Under the pieces are notes generated by a model, which did not search any database, was not told the origin of the DNA, and saw only the letters and a list, made by a program, of their open reading frames with translations. From Candidatus Melainabacteria bacterium 17Bon1m (GTDB lineage Bacteria > Cyanobacteriota > Vampirovibrionia > Obscuribacterales > Obscuribacteraceae): a DNA stretch of 64,000 nucleotides. The stretch is from NCBI GenBank assembly GCA_032128875.1, contig JAVLKG010000007.1, forward strand, positions 224,001 through 288,000, read 5' to 3'. Positions 10,319-20,590 of the stretch are shown piece after piece. Every line of letters begins with the position of its first letter. Positions within the stretch are counted from its first letter, which is position 1. A program made the translations under genes and the position numbers.

Positions 10319-11563
10319 ATGAGTCAACAACTCGCTGCTGGTGGCAACGCTCCGCTTCCTACGGAGAAGGTCACCGTCAAGTGCATCCACATGGGACCCG
10401 ACGCGGACCTCTCCGCGCTTCTGCTCACCGCCGCCGGCAAGGTTCGCTCTGATGCGGATTTCGTCTTCTATGGTCAGCCCGCGTCCACCTGTGGCTCGGT
10501 GACTTACCAGGACAAGAAGAAGACCGGCGACGCCACCGAGCAAGCCATCATCATCGACCTCTCGAAGGTGCCCGCCGCCATCGAGAAGCTTGCCATCACG
10601 CTGACCATCGATCCCGAGACGCCGAAGACATTCGCCGACCTCGGCGGCGCCGCTCTCTCTGTCTGCAATGCCGCCGGCACCTCGCTCGTCGAGATGGAGC
10701 CGAACGGCAACAAGGAGAACGCGTTCGTCATCGCCGAGATCTACAAGCGCAACGGCGCCTGGAAGGTTCGCAACTTCAACCAGGGCTTCCTCAACGGTCT
10801 GGCCGGCATCGCCACCGCATATGGTGTCGACGTCGGTGACAGCGCTCCTGCGCAAGCGGCTCCTGCTCCTGCTCCTGCGCCCGCTCCTGCTCCCGCACCG
10901 ACCCCCGCCCCGGCCCCGGTGAAGGCTGCTCCGCCGCCGCCTCCTCCCGCGCCTGCCGCCGCTCCGAAGGTAAACCTGACCAAGCCCGCACCGACCGGCA
11001 AGGTCAACCTGAAGAAGGGCAGCGCCATCAAGATCGAGAAGACCGCGACCATCGTTGCCACCGGCGAGTGGGGCAACAAGGGCTGGAAGAAGCTCGACTA
11101 TGACCTCTTCTGCCACATTGCGTACAAGGACGGCAAAACCGAAGTCGTCAACTTCGACAATCTCGTCAGCCGCAATGGCTCGGTGCGTCACCACGGCGAC
11201 CTCAAGGTAGGCGGCGTCGGCACCATCGAGAAGGTCTCCGTTAACATGACGGACGACATCGCGGCGGTCGGCTTCTCGTTCTACTCCGCGCGTGAGAATG
11301 GCACCGGCTCCTTCGCCGACGCCAAGGCGCGCGTGTCCATCGACAACGGCGCCGGCTCGACCATAACCATCGAGGTGGCGAACATGAGTGTCGACTCGAA
11401 TCGCTACACGCTCTACTTCGGCACTTGCATCAACAAGGACGAAGCGGCAGTCGAGATCGTGGCGCACGAGGACTACTCGGCGAAGCACTCGGAGAACCAG
11501 GCGGTTCTGTACAAGGACGGCACCCACAAGATGGACGCCGGCCGGGAGAACCGCACCAAGTAA
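10319..11563 (+). CDS. TerD/TerZ-family stress protein with Pro/Ala linker and second C-terminal domain
   Basis: DLSALLLTAAGKVRSDADFVFYGQP and AEIYKRNGAWKVR...QGFLNGLAGIATAYGVDV are the TerD signature; ATG 10319 follows AAGGAG. Confidence 0.85.
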   Translation: MSQQLAAGGNAPLPTEKVTVKCIHMGPDADLSALLLTAAGKVRSDADFVFYGQPASTCGSVTYQDKKKTGDATEQAIIIDLSKVPAAIEKLAITLTIDPETPKTFADLGGAALSVCNAAGTSLVEMEPNGNKENAFVIAEIYKRNGAWKVRNFNQGFLNGLAGIATAYGVDVGDSAPAQAAPAPAPAPAPAPAPTPAPAPVKAAPPPPPPAPAAAPKVNLTKPAPTGKVNLKKGSAIKIEKTATIVATGEWGNKGWKKLDYDLFCHIAYKDGKTEVVNFDNLVSRNGSVRHHGDLKVGGVGTIEKVSVNMTDDIAAVGFSFYSARENGTGSFADAKARVSIDNGAGSTITIEVANMSVDSNRYTLYFGTCINKDEAAVEIVAHEDYSAKHSENQAVLYKDGTHKMDAGRENRTK

Positions 11564-11743
11564 GGGCGGAAGCTCTGCCGCCACAGGCGAAGTTAGGTAG
11601 AGCGAGCGCTATCGCTCTACCGACTTCAACTCCGCACTTGGCGCAAGGTGAATCCGGCAAACCGGCCGCCTGCGCCTAACGGGGGTAACAACGTATCGGA
11701 TACGCGATAGGCCTGCGAGGCATTGCGTATCCAGGAGAAAGCA

Positions 11744-12220
11744 ATGACTCAATTGGAAAAGGAAGCCCAGGCGCGTAATTGGGGTGCGCTGCCGCTCACC
11801 ACGGGCTTCTACATGACCGACATGATCCGCTCGGTGCTTCAGTTCGCCGACACCGACGAACGTTGCATCGCCATGTCCCGCGTGGTCGACCTGCTCGAAT
11901 CGGGCAGCACGGACGAGACGAAGTGGCGCTTCGCCATCAACGAGTTGCAGGGGCTCCTGACGGCGCATCCCGATGCGCATAAGGAGTCCGGCACCTGGTA
12001 CGACGGTGACTCGACCATCCTTGCCCTGGCAGTGGCGAAGGAGGCGGCGTGCCATGCGTTGTACATGCTCTTCCCGCGCTCGTATTATCGCGGAGAAGAG
12101 CGTGGCGCTGCTTACAAGGTGCTCAAGTACACCATCCGCGCGCTCATGCAAAAGCCGGAAACGGCTGTCGACGCGCTGAAGTGGGTGGAGCGCAGCATCA
12201 ATCTGATGCAGCGCTACTAA
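11744..12220 (+). CDS. Hypothetical helical protein
   Basis: 158-aa ORF with AGGAG RBS and strong GC3 codon bias; followed by a terminator. Confidence 0.65.
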   Translation: MTQLEKEAQARNWGALPLTTGFYMTDMIRSVLQFADTDERCIAMSRVVDLLESGSTDETKWRFAINELQGLLTAHPDAHKESGTWYDGDSTILALAVAKEAACHALYMLFPRSYYRGEERGAAYKVLKYTIRALMQKPETAVDALKWVERSINLMQRY

Positions 12221-12257
12221 GCTCACGGCTGCACTTTCGCAGCTGGATTGAGGCTTG

Positions 12258-12313
12258 GGAAACAGCGGAGGAGCTCTTTAATAGGGGTTCTCTCGCTGTT
12301 TTCCTTTTTTTTT
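12258..12313 (+). terminator. Rho-independent terminator
   Basis: GGAAACAGCG...CGCTGTTTTCC stem followed by a T9 run. Confidence 0.6.
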
Positions 12314-12396
12314 GGGAGGTGCTAATACGTATAGTAAAGGTTGTTTTTCAATTCGGCAAGAAGTGTGATGGAAACACGATTTTCAGCTGAGCTGAT

Positions 12397-13932
12397 ATGA
12401 CTTATGCTGGAGAAATGCGAATCTATCTAACTTTTTTTATTGTTTCGCTTGTCTCCGGTCTTATCGTTGGAGGCACCGTTGAATTTTGGTCCGACAAAAT
12501 ACCTTCTGCCATGCTGGGAAAGGATGCAAGAAAGTTTTTAATCGACATGAATATAAATTTGTGCCGAAAACGTCTGCATTACGGTGACTACCTTGGGACA
12601 ATCAGAGCTTGCGAGGCTGTTTTAGACTTGGATTGCGATAATGTGATCGCTCTCTGCAATCGTGGACTTGCACTTTCTAACTTGAAACAATTCAACGGCG
12701 CGATGGATGACTTCAACCATTGCTTAGCTATCGCTCCAGATGATGCAATTGTTTGGAATGCGCGCGGCACCTTGTTCGCGAAAATGGATCGGACCAACGA
12801 GGCTGTAGGTGATTTTCGCCACGCAATTGCATGTGATCCCAAATATACGATCGCTCAGGTTAACATCCTGAAGTGGGAATTTGATAATAAAAAGATCTCG
12901 AGAGAAGAGGCTTTATCGCGTGTTAAGAAATTGGTTGAAGTCGATCCTGAATCTGATTTTGCCTGGTTTTATAGCGGGTGGCTAAAGTTTCTGGCCAAGG
13001 ATTATGCGAGTGCTGTTTCCGACTCGACAAGGGCGATTTCAATTGACGCTTCTGCTGATGTATATAGGGTACGAGCATATGCAAAATCTGCTAAAGGACA
13101 GCATTTTGAAGCGATAGAGGATTTAACGCAAAGTATTCGCCTGAATTCATGGAGCGCTTGCGCGTATAGTGATCGCGCGTATGAACGATCTCTTCTTAGA
13201 GACCAAGGGGGCGCGTTGCGAGATTACAGCACAGCCCTTTCTTTTGATCCAAAAGATGCTTGGGTCTGGAAATCGAGAGGGCGTAATCAGTTTGATACCG
13301 AATGTGCAATAAGGGACTTTACGATGGCCTTATCTCTCAAACCCAATGATTCTGAGATTTTAGAAGATCGAGGATATAGCTATCTTGGTTGTGGAAAGTA
13401 TTCTGAATCGATCTCTGATTTAAGTAAGGCAATTGAACTGAAGCCGAGTGGTTGGAGTTTTGCTTGGCGAGGAATGGCTTACAACGCACGCGGTCAACGA
13501 GATCAAGCGATTAAAGATTGCACCGAAGCAATTGGGCTCAATCCTGGCACACCAGCCCACTACATGAATCGCGCTATAGTTTATCTTGATTTGGGGAAGT
13601 ACGAGAAATCAGTCCAGGATCTTGATAAAGCAATTGAACTCAAGACTTCCGATGAAAGAGCTTATGATTTACGTGGATATGTGCGCAGGCAGATGGGCGA
13701 TGCGGCAGGAGCTTTTGCAGACTATAAGAAAGCACTTAGCCTTGAACCTCGTATGTTTTACCTACCTCGTCACCATGCTTGGGACAAAGGAAAGCCCTTG
13801 CAGTACGCTCAGGGTGTCTCTGATTATTTGATTGTTTCAATTACGAATCCCATGTGTTTCGTGAATACATTCGGTATTTTGATTGGGGATATGTACAATT
13901 CATTCAGAGCGGAGCGCGCTTCCGTCCCGTAG
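12397..13932 (+). CDS. TPR-repeat protein with N-terminal membrane anchor
   Basis: Many 34-aa units of type (Y/W)xNRG.a......A..D...AI.L.P; visibly more AT-rich than neighbouring genes. Confidence 0.85.
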   Translation: MTYAGEMRIYLTFFIVSLVSGLIVGGTVEFWSDKIPSAMLGKDARKFLIDMNINLCRKRLHYGDYLGTIRACEAVLDLDCDNVIALCNRGLALSNLKQFNGAMDDFNHCLAIAPDDAIVWNARGTLFAKMDRTNEAVGDFRHAIACDPKYTIAQVNILKWEFDNKKISREEALSRVKKLVEVDPESDFAWFYSGWLKFLAKDYASAVSDSTRAISIDASADVYRVRAYAKSAKGQHFEAIEDLTQSIRLNSWSACAYSDRAYERSLLRDQGGALRDYSTALSFDPKDAWVWKSRGRNQFDTECAIRDFTMALSLKPNDSEILEDRGYSYLGCGKYSESISDLSKAIELKPSGWSFAWRGMAYNARGQRDQAIKDCTEAIGLNPGTPAHYMNRAIVYLDLGKYEKSVQDLDKAIELKTSDERAYDLRGYVRRQMGDAAGAFADYKKALSLEPRMFYLPRHHAWDKGKPLQYAQGVSDYLIVSITNPMCFVNTFGILIGDMYNSFRAERASVP

Positions 13933-14168
13933 TTTCAACTATTTTTTTGAACGCGCTTTTGGTTTATTGCTAGACGGCCATACACAAAAAATACACAGAC
14001 TGTTCCGGTTTTGTTTCCAGACCAGCAATTATCGTGATTGCAGTCGACCGCTGAATGCGTTTCCTCAAACGCCGAAGAACGTTACAGCAATCGCCGAACA
14101 ACGTTGCACAAATCGCTGAACAACGCTGCAGCTGTCGCCCGTTTCTCCCCAAGCCCGGATTTACTAAT

Positions 14169-15074
14169 ATGCCCGACCTTATCGACACGATAGTGCAAGA
14201 CGCTATTGCTGCACAAAACAATACAGATAAAGGATCTGCTTTTCAGAAGATTCATGATGAAATCACCGAGTTGCAAAAACAGGGTGGTGGCGCAAATGGT
14301 GCGCAATTTCAAGCGGATCTGCGCACTCTCAATCAAAAATTGCATGAGAATGGCATCCTGGCAAACATGGAGATCAGAGGAATAGAAGAAGGTGATCCGC
14401 CAAGCGACAAGCTCTTTCAAAAACGGGACAGGATTATTTTGTCGGATGGACAGGTCAAAGGTGACCTGGTCAAAGACGAGTATTTGGCGGGTTCCAGATG
14501 GTTCTCGGAAGGTCAGCTCAGCCCCACACAAACAAACATTCTCAATCAATCTAAGGATGCAGTGGGGCAGCAAGTGTGGGCGACGCGCCACCCATCGCCT
14601 GGTTTAGCTGACAGTCCTGACCCACCGGGACCTCCGCATTATGGCGGTCCAGGCGGCTATGGATGCGCACCTTCAGTGTCTGAAATCCTGCGACGCTCTG
14701 GTGTTTTTTCACAAGACGAAGATCCGTTGAATGTTCAAAGCGTTCAAAACGTATTGCAAGACAATCATGGCTGGAAGCCGATTCCAGGCACATCTGGCGA
14801 GCCTGATCCAAATCTAAAACCTGCTGAGTTGAACTTACGTCCGGGCGATGTTATTTGCGGCTATCGCAAAGGAGATGATCCGACATTCAGTGGAGCCGGT
14901 GCACACGTCGGGATTGTCGGAGAGGATGGAAAAATTTACGGACACGGACTGACATTGGATCCTGCAAATCCTGGTCGAAAGCACGAAGAGTGGACGGCCA
15001 AGGACATCACCAACTGGACCACATTCGACTACGACGCGGGCATTGTTATATTGCGTGCACCGGACGCTCAGTAA
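14169..15074 (+). CDS. Hypothetical protein with C-terminal NlpC/P60/CHAP-like (papain-fold) amidase domain
   Basis: GCAPSVSEILRRSG (Cys), LRPGDVI and HVGIV (His) occur in NlpC/P60 order. Confidence 0.6.
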   Translation: MPDLIDTIVQDAIAAQNNTDKGSAFQKIHDEITELQKQGGGANGAQFQADLRTLNQKLHENGILANMEIRGIEEGDPPSDKLFQKRDRIILSDGQVKGDLVKDEYLAGSRWFSEGQLSPTQTNILNQSKDAVGQQVWATRHPSPGLADSPDPPGPPHYGGPGGYGCAPSVSEILRRSGVFSQDEDPLNVQSVQNVLQDNHGWKPIPGTSGEPDPNLKPAELNLRPGDVICGYRKGDDPTFSGAGAHVGIVGEDGKIYGHGLTLDPANPGRKHEEWTAKDITNWTTFDYDAGIVILRAPDAQ

Positions 15075-15225
15075 AACGAGTTTTGGGAGAAAGAGGAGGA
15101 AAGGGGCTTTTGGTCCCTTTTCTTTTTGATTGAATTGCCTTCTTCTTTGTTTGGCATCACGTTTTTTGTTTGGATTTTCGTGCTGGAATTCGAGAAACTA
15201 AAAGATATAGTGGAAAATGGGGTTA

Positions 15226-15278
15226 AAAAGAAACCGCGCACAGCAAGCCTTGTTTAAGGGCTCCCCATGCGCGGTTTC
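15226..15278 (-). terminator. Probable terminator after the Clp ATPase gene
   Basis: GAAACCGCGCA...TGCGCGGTTTC inverted repeat with an adjacent A-run on + (U-run on -). Confidence 0.5.
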
Positions 15279-15354
15279 GAAATCTGATACGCCGGACGCA
15301 ACCAACCTAACCTTTGCTTTTGGCTTGGTTACGAAGGTCGCGTGCGGTTAGGCG

Positions 15355-17820
15355 TCAGTTCTTCTTCAGCGAAGCTGCGGCTCCGTTGTCTGCCGGTCCG
15401 TCCTTCTTGAGAGAGACGGTGGCGTCGCCTTTGCCTTCAGCGTTGCCTTCGCCGGCGGTTTCCACAGTGGCAACCTTTTCCAGCGACACCGGCTTGGCCA
15501 GCGAGATCTTCTCTTCCGGAGGATTTTCCGCAGAGAGCACGAGCGTGTTGCCATCGGCACCAACGTTGACCTTGGCGCCGTGCTTGACGGACCCGTCGAT
15601 GATCTTTTCGGCCATCGGGTCTTCGATGAGCGCACGAACGGCGCGCTTCATCGGACGTGCACCGAACTGCGGATCGTAACCCGCCTCCAGCAGCACAGCG
15701 CGAGCGGCATCGTCGGCGTCGAGCGTGATGCTCTTCTCGTTGAGCTTCTTCTCCAGTGCCTTCAGCTGCAGCTTCAGCACTTCGCGCAGCTCGTCCTTGG
15801 ACAGCTGACCGAAGCAAACGATTTCGTCCAGCCGGTTGAGGAATTCCGGGCGGAACATCAGCTTGACGATCGGCATCACCTCGTTGAGAAGGTCCTGGTG
15901 CGAGCAGTCGACGCCGAGCTTTTCGAGCAAGGCCATGATCTGCTGCGCGCCGATGTTCGACGTCATGATGATGATCGTGTTCTTGAAGCTGACCGTGCGA
16001 CCCTGACCGTCGGTCAAGCGACCGTCGTCCAGAACCTGCAGCAGCACGTTGAACACGTCGGGGTGCGCCTTCTCGATTTCGTCGAGCAAGATGACGCTGT
16101 AGGGCTTGCGCCGCACAGCTTCCGTCAGCGTGCCGCCTTCTTCGTAACCGACGTAGCCCGGAGGCGCGCCGATCATGCGCGAAACGCTGTGCTTCTCCAT
16201 GTATTCGCTCATGTCGAGACGAACGATGTTGCGCTCCTCGTCGAAGAGGAACGACTGGAGAGCCTTGGAGAGTTCGGTCTTGCCCACGCCGGTCGGGCCG
16301 AGGAACATGAAGCTGCCGATCGGAGTGTTCGGGTCTTTCAACCCTGCACGCGAACGACGCACCGCACGCGACACGGCGGAGATCGCCATGTGCTGGCCGA
16401 TGACGCGCTTGTGCAGCTCATCTTCCATCTTCGAGAGGCGGGCGGCTTCATCGATGGTCAGCTTGTCCAGCTTGATGCCGGTCATCTGGCTGATCTTTGC
16501 TTCGATGTGCTCCTTGCTGAGTTCGGTGCCCGGGAAGTCGATAGCAAGCGCGCTACCGGCTTCGTCGATGACGTCGATGGCCTTGTCGGGCAGGAAACGG
16601 TCGGTAATGTACCGGTCCGCCATGTGCGCTGCCGTGACCACCGCTTCGTCAGAGATGGTGATGGCGTGGTGATCTTCCAGCGACTTCTTGCGGCCGCGCA
16701 GAATCTCGATGGTGTCTTGCACGGACGAGGGGTCCACCGTCACCGGCTGGAAGCGACGCTCGAGAGCGCCGTCCTTTTCGATGTGGCGGTATTCGTCCAG
16801 CGTGGTGGCACCAATGGCGGTGATCTCTCCGCGGGCAAGTGCCGGCTTGAGCGTGTTGCTCGCGTCCATTGCACCCTGCGCAGCGCCGGCTCCGATCAGG
16901 GTATGCAGTTCATCGATAAAGATGATGCAATCCTTCGTTGCCTGGAGTTCGGCGAGAAGCTGCTTCATGCGCTCCTCGAACTCACCGCGGAATTTCGTAC
17001 CGGCGACAAGAGCGACCAGGTCAAGGCGCAAGATGCGCTTTCCCTTCAGGCTCTTGGGCACGCGATCGAATGCAATCTCAACGGCAAGCCCTTCGGCGAT
17101 GGCAGTTTTGCCGACGCCGGGCTCGCCGATGAACACCGGGTTGTTCTTGGTCTGACGACCGAGAATTTCGACAGCCCGGCGGATTTCCTTCTTGCGCCCG
17201 ATGATGGGCTGGATCTTGTTCTCGCGAGCCAGCTTCGTCAGGTCGACCGTCATCTGGTCGAGCATGGAAGTCATGGCGCCTTCGCCTTCGGGCAGACCGT
17301 TGACGTTAGTCTTCACGGCTGCATCGAGGAAAGACGTCAGATTCTTCAGACGCTGTTCGGGAGTGAGATTGCCGTCGACTTGAGCGCCGCCCGGCAAGAC
17401 GATCGGAGGCTGATTCCGGCGTTCGATCGTCAGGAACGCGGATTTGATTACTCGCTGACCATCCGGGTGTTTCACCAGTTGGTGCAGCAAGTGAGTGGGA
17501 GTCGTGCAAATGTGCTTGTTCTTTTCGGCGACTTCGCCGGCTTTCACAAGCATTTCTTGGGCGTCGCGCCCAACTTCTGGTGCTGCGACTGTCGTCGTTC
17601 CACCTCCGGCCTGCGGCGAACCAAAGAGGTTTCGCGCAGTGCGCTCCAGGATGTCGGCCGTGAGACCGGCTTCCAAAAGGAGCTTGTGACCCAGAGATGA
17701 ACTTTCAGCTGCCACAGCCACCACAAGACACGCTACGTTTACATCTTTGGTGCCGATCGCAGCAGCCTTGAGGCCGGCGAGCGTCAGCACTTTGTCGAGT
17801 GATTGCGAGTTTTGCGGCAT
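15355..17820 (-). CDS. Hsp100/Clp class I AAA+ ATPase (ClpA/ClpC-like, no middle domain)
   Basis: Divergent Clp-N region; NBD1 GEPGVGKT / FIDELH / [12 protein letters not shown]2 GPTGVGKT / LLDEIEKAH / GYVGY. Only about 10 residues separate DVIDEAG from the NBD2 entry helix. Confidence 0.92.
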   Translation of the reverse strand: MPQNSQSLDKVLTLAGLKAAAIGTKDVNVACLVVAVAAESSSLGHKLLLEAGLTADILERTARNLFGSPQAGGGTTTVAAPEVGRDAQEMLVKAGEVAEKNKHICTTPTHLLHQLVKHPDGQRVIKSAFLTIERRNQPPIVLPGGAQVDGNLTPEQRLKNLTSFLDAAVKTNVNGLPEGEGAMTSMLDQMTVDLTKLARENKIQPIIGRKKEIRRAVEILGRQTKNNPVFIGEPGVGKTAIAEGLAVEIAFDRVPKSLKGKRILRLDLVALVAGTKFRGEFEERMKQLLAELQATKDCIIFIDELHTLIGAGAAQGAMDASNTLKPALARGEITAIGATTLDEYRHIEKDGALERRFQPVTVDPSSVQDTIEILRGRKKSLEDHHAITISDEAVVTAAHMADRYITDRFLPDKAIDVIDEAGSALAIDFPGTELSKEHIEAKISQMTGIKLDKLTIDEAARLSKMEDELHKRVIGQHMAISAVSRAVRRSRAGLKDPNTPIGSFMFLGPTGVGKTELSKALQSFLFDEERNIVRLDMSEYMEKHSVSRMIGAPPGYVGYEEGGTLTEAVRRKPYSVILLDEIEKAHPDVFNVLLQVLDDGRLTDGQGRTVSFKNTIIIMTSNIGAQQIMALLEKLGVDCSHQDLLNEVMPIVKLMFRPEFLNRLDEIVCFGQLSKDELREVLKLQLKALEKKLNEKSITLDADDAARAVLLEAGYDPQFGARPMKRAVRALIEDPMAEKIIDGSVKHGAKVNVGADGNTLVLSAENPPEEKISLAKPVSLEKVATVETAGEGNAEGKGDATVSLKKDGPADNGAAASLKKN

Positions 17821-18021
17821 GGTGTCCGTCCTCCGTTAGAGGATCACCTCGTTACTAAAGACCAGGTGAGCATATTGAGGGGATGAGTTGTGAGACAAAA
17901 GAGGTCAACACAAGTCACCAGGGCGAGACACCGAGGCAACTTTGTCCGAGTGACGCAGACCGGTCCGGTGTGGACCCTTGACCGGTCTGCGATTTAGCCA
18001 TTTCGGCGCAGGTTTCGACGG

Positions 18022-18711
18022 TTAGTCGAAATTCCGCGTCATCGTGTACAGCGGACGGAGACCGAAGATGATCTCGTTGTCCAGGGTGTCTTCCTTGCCG
18101 CCCTCGATTGCCTGGTAGCGGATGAACTGCCAGACAGCCAGACCGGAGACGGTCTCGGCGGTGGGACCCACGGTGATCGACGTGCCGCAAGCGGAAACTT
18201 CCGCCTTGGCGTCGTCATAGAGGGTCGCTTCCCAGCCCTTCACCTGAGCGGGCTTGGTGGGGTTGAGCGTGTAGATGCGGCCCTCGGTCGCGCCCATGCG
18301 GGTCTCGATCATGAGCTTGGTGCGCATCTTGTAGCGGATGCCCTTGTTCCAGATCTCCTTGCGCGAAGCCATCGTGTCCGTGAGCAGGAACACGACGTCA
18401 CCGAGAGTCTGCGAACCATCGACGCGCTCGTTGTGCGTGTGGATCTTCAGACCGGTGGCAGCCTTCACGACTTCCGCCAGCGCCTCGACCTTGAGCTTGC
18501 CGATGTGCGACTGGTCGTAGGCCTGGTTGGCGATGTTGTGGGCCTCGACGATGTCGAAGTCCCAGACGTGGATGTTTTCCAAACCCAGCTTGGCCAGGCT
18601 CAGAACGATGCGCGAACCAGTTGCACCGGCGCCGATGACGTCGATGCGCTTGTTGCCGAACGCGTCACGCGAAAAGATTTCGACGTGTCGAGTGATATCG
18701 ACATTGTTCAT
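18022..18711 (-). CDS. Stand-alone ThiF/MoeB-family E1-like adenylating enzyme
   Basis: N-terminal Arg (ITRH), VIGAGATGS, DFDIVEAHNIANQ, LLTDT; candidate catalytic Cys in EVSACGTS (codon 18187-18189); no CxxC zinc pairs. Confidence 0.9.
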   Translation of the reverse strand: MNNVDITRHVEIFSRDAFGNKRIDVIGAGATGSRIVLSLAKLGLENIHVWDFDIVEAHNIANQAYDQSHIGKLKVEALAEVVKAATGLKIHTHNERVDGSQTLGDVVFLLTDTMASRKEIWNKGIRYKMRTKLMIETRMGATEGRIYTLNPTKPAQVKGWEATLYDDAKAEVSACGTSITVGPTAETVSGLAVWQFIRYQAIEGGKEDTLDNEIIFGLRPLYTMTRNFD

Positions 18712-18808
18712 GGTGTGTTCTCCTTCGAAAGAACAGCCGGACAGGCCTACGCTCGAAGAGCGCAGATCCGTTCGCGGCTGGACTTGTTAGGTTGCAGGTG
18801 TGAGCCTG

Positions 18809-20575
18809 TTACTGAGCGTCGTCCGGGAGCCGGTCGGCGCGGTTGTTGGGATTGGACGGCTTCGGACCCTTGTAGTTGGTGCTCCAGGGGTGCGACGGAT
18901 CGTTGCAGTTCTGGGGCGTGCAGCGCTTCTTAGGGCGCTCGGAAGTCGTCGACTGATAGGGCTGGGGTGGGGTGGGACCGCTCTCGAAGAGGCTGCCCAA
19001 CCAAGCGAAGAAACCTTTCTTCTCCTCGACTTGAGGACCGGCACCGCCCTTGTAGGCGCCGGGCTGACCATTAAAAGGGGTGCCACCCGGACGAATGTCC
19101 TTGCCGGTGGGAATCAGCTCGCCATCGACCACCTGGCTGCCGACATCGTCGGGGCCCGCGGTGGCGCCGGGAGCGCTCGCGTCGCCGGTACCGGCGGCGT
19201 TGTCACCCTTCTCATTGGCGCCGGGCTTGCCGTCGCCGTTGTTGTCATCGCTCTTGCCGAACCAGTTCTTGAACACCGTGAACGTGCGCTCCTTCACCTT
19301 CGCCTTGTACTCGGCGGTGACTTCGGCGCGCAGCTCAGCGCTGATAGCGAGCGGGTCTTCCTTCTTCGGCGCGGGCTTTTCGGCCTCGTCGCGGTTGAGG
19401 AAATTGCTCAAGCCGGACTTCTCGTCCTGCTGGCGAGCTTGCTCTTCCTGGCGCTCCTTCCAGGTGCTCTGGTAGCCGCCCTGGCTGTAGCCGTAGCCCG
19501 AGGGACGCTCGTCGCTACGACCACCCTGCCACCACTTGCGAGTGACGGTGCCGCGCTCGAGGATGACCCTGCCGCTCTCCGGGTCCATCACTCCCCACGG
19601 CACGTCGAGAAGACGGTAGCCGAGCTGGAAGTAGTAGACGTCGAAGCAGCCGCGGCCGAGCTTGTTGAAGATGCCGCGGATGTAGTATTCGTGGCCTTCG
19701 CGAGCGAAGCGCTGCATGGTGCTCTCGTCGGTGCCGGACGGGCTGGTGCCCATACGCACGTGCGAGTGACCCCAGAAGTGCAGCTTGTTGGACTTGTCCA
19801 AGCCTGCGTCGCCGGCTTCCAGAAGCTCGAGGATGAGCTTCTCGGTGCCCTGCACGGACAGCTCCGTCTCGGTCGGAGTGACTTCCTGTTCGACCAGGAA
19901 AACCTCTTCGATGAGGAAGTCGCCGTTGGGGCGCTTGCTGACGGTGCCGAGCCAGCCGACTTCCTTGGGCGCCAGCTCGACGTACAGGCACATGCGCTTG
20001 TACGCGTCGGGCGTCATGTAGACGGTCGGAGCCGGCGGGTCGAAGATGAGCTCAGCGCGCGTGTGCGGGTAGTGCGGCTTGAAGGGGCCTTCCGGCTCGC
20101 GGTAGACGTAGGACTTCTTCTCTTCCTTCTTCTCGCCGGCCTTGTCACCGCCGGTGGTGTCGCCGGTCTTGGCGGCATCGCCTTCCTTGGCAGCACCTTC
20201 GGACACGGTCGCGCCCTCGGACACCGCCGCGCCTTCGCTCACCGAGTTCAAGGGAGCGCTGGACGTCGGCAGCGGGGGCGGGACATTCGTGCTGGACGTA
20301 CCCGTCGTTGCACCGGAGGTGCCGTTCGATGCCGGAACGCGCGGGACGCTCGTGCCGCTGGGCTTGTCGCCCTTATAGACGGGCTTGCCGTCGCCGGAAT
20401 TGGTGTCCTTCTTGGCCGCGCCGCCGTTCAGCGGGAAGCCGAACAGCTTCTCGAAGAAGCCGGGACCGGACTCGATGTTCTCTTCATTCGGATTCACCGG
20501 GCGATTGGAGCCGGCGCCGTCGGACTCGGTCGTGCGAATGACCGGCTTTGCCGACTTGTTGTCGTCGTTATTCAT
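18809..20575 (-). CDS. JAB/JAMM (MPN+) metallopeptidase with long low-complexity N- and C-terminal arms
   Basis: KEVGWLG (catalytic Glu) and WGHSHVRMGTSPSGTD, an exact HxH-x7-S-x2-D JAMM motif. Confidence 0.88.
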   Translation of the reverse strand: MNNDDNKSAKPVIRTTESDGAGSNRPVNPNEENIESGPGFFEKLFGFPLNGGAAKKDTNSGDGKPVYKGDKPSGTSVPRVPASNGTSGATTGTSSTNVPPPLPTSSAPLNSVSEGAAVSEGATVSEGAAKEGDAAKTGDTTGGDKAGEKKEEKKSYVYREPEGPFKPHYPHTRAELIFDPPAPTVYMTPDAYKRMCLYVELAPKEVGWLGTVSKRPNGDFLIEEVFLVEQEVTPTETELSVQGTEKLILELLEAGDAGLDKSNKLHFWGHSHVRMGTSPSGTDESTMQRFAREGHEYYIRGIFNKLGRGCFDVYYFQLGYRLLDVPWGVMDPESGRVILERGTVTRKWWQGGRSDERPSGYGYSQGGYQSTWKERQEEQARQQDEKSGLSNFLNRDEAEKPAPKKEDPLAISAELRAEVTAEYKAKVKERTFTVFKNWFGKSDDNNGDGKPGANEKGDNAAGTGDASAPGATAGPDDVGSQVVDGELIPTGKDIRPGGTPFNGQPGAYKGGAGPQVEEKKGFFAWLGSLFESGPTPPQPYQSTTSERPKKRCTPQNCNDPSHPWSTNYKGPKPSNPNNRADRLPDDAQ

Positions 20576-20590
20576 TGTCTTCTCCTGGGC

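Noticed and set aside
15355-17820. Gene symbol clpB or clpC
   Set aside because: No middle coiled-coil domain and no clear IGF/LGF loop, so orthology cannot be assigned by eye.
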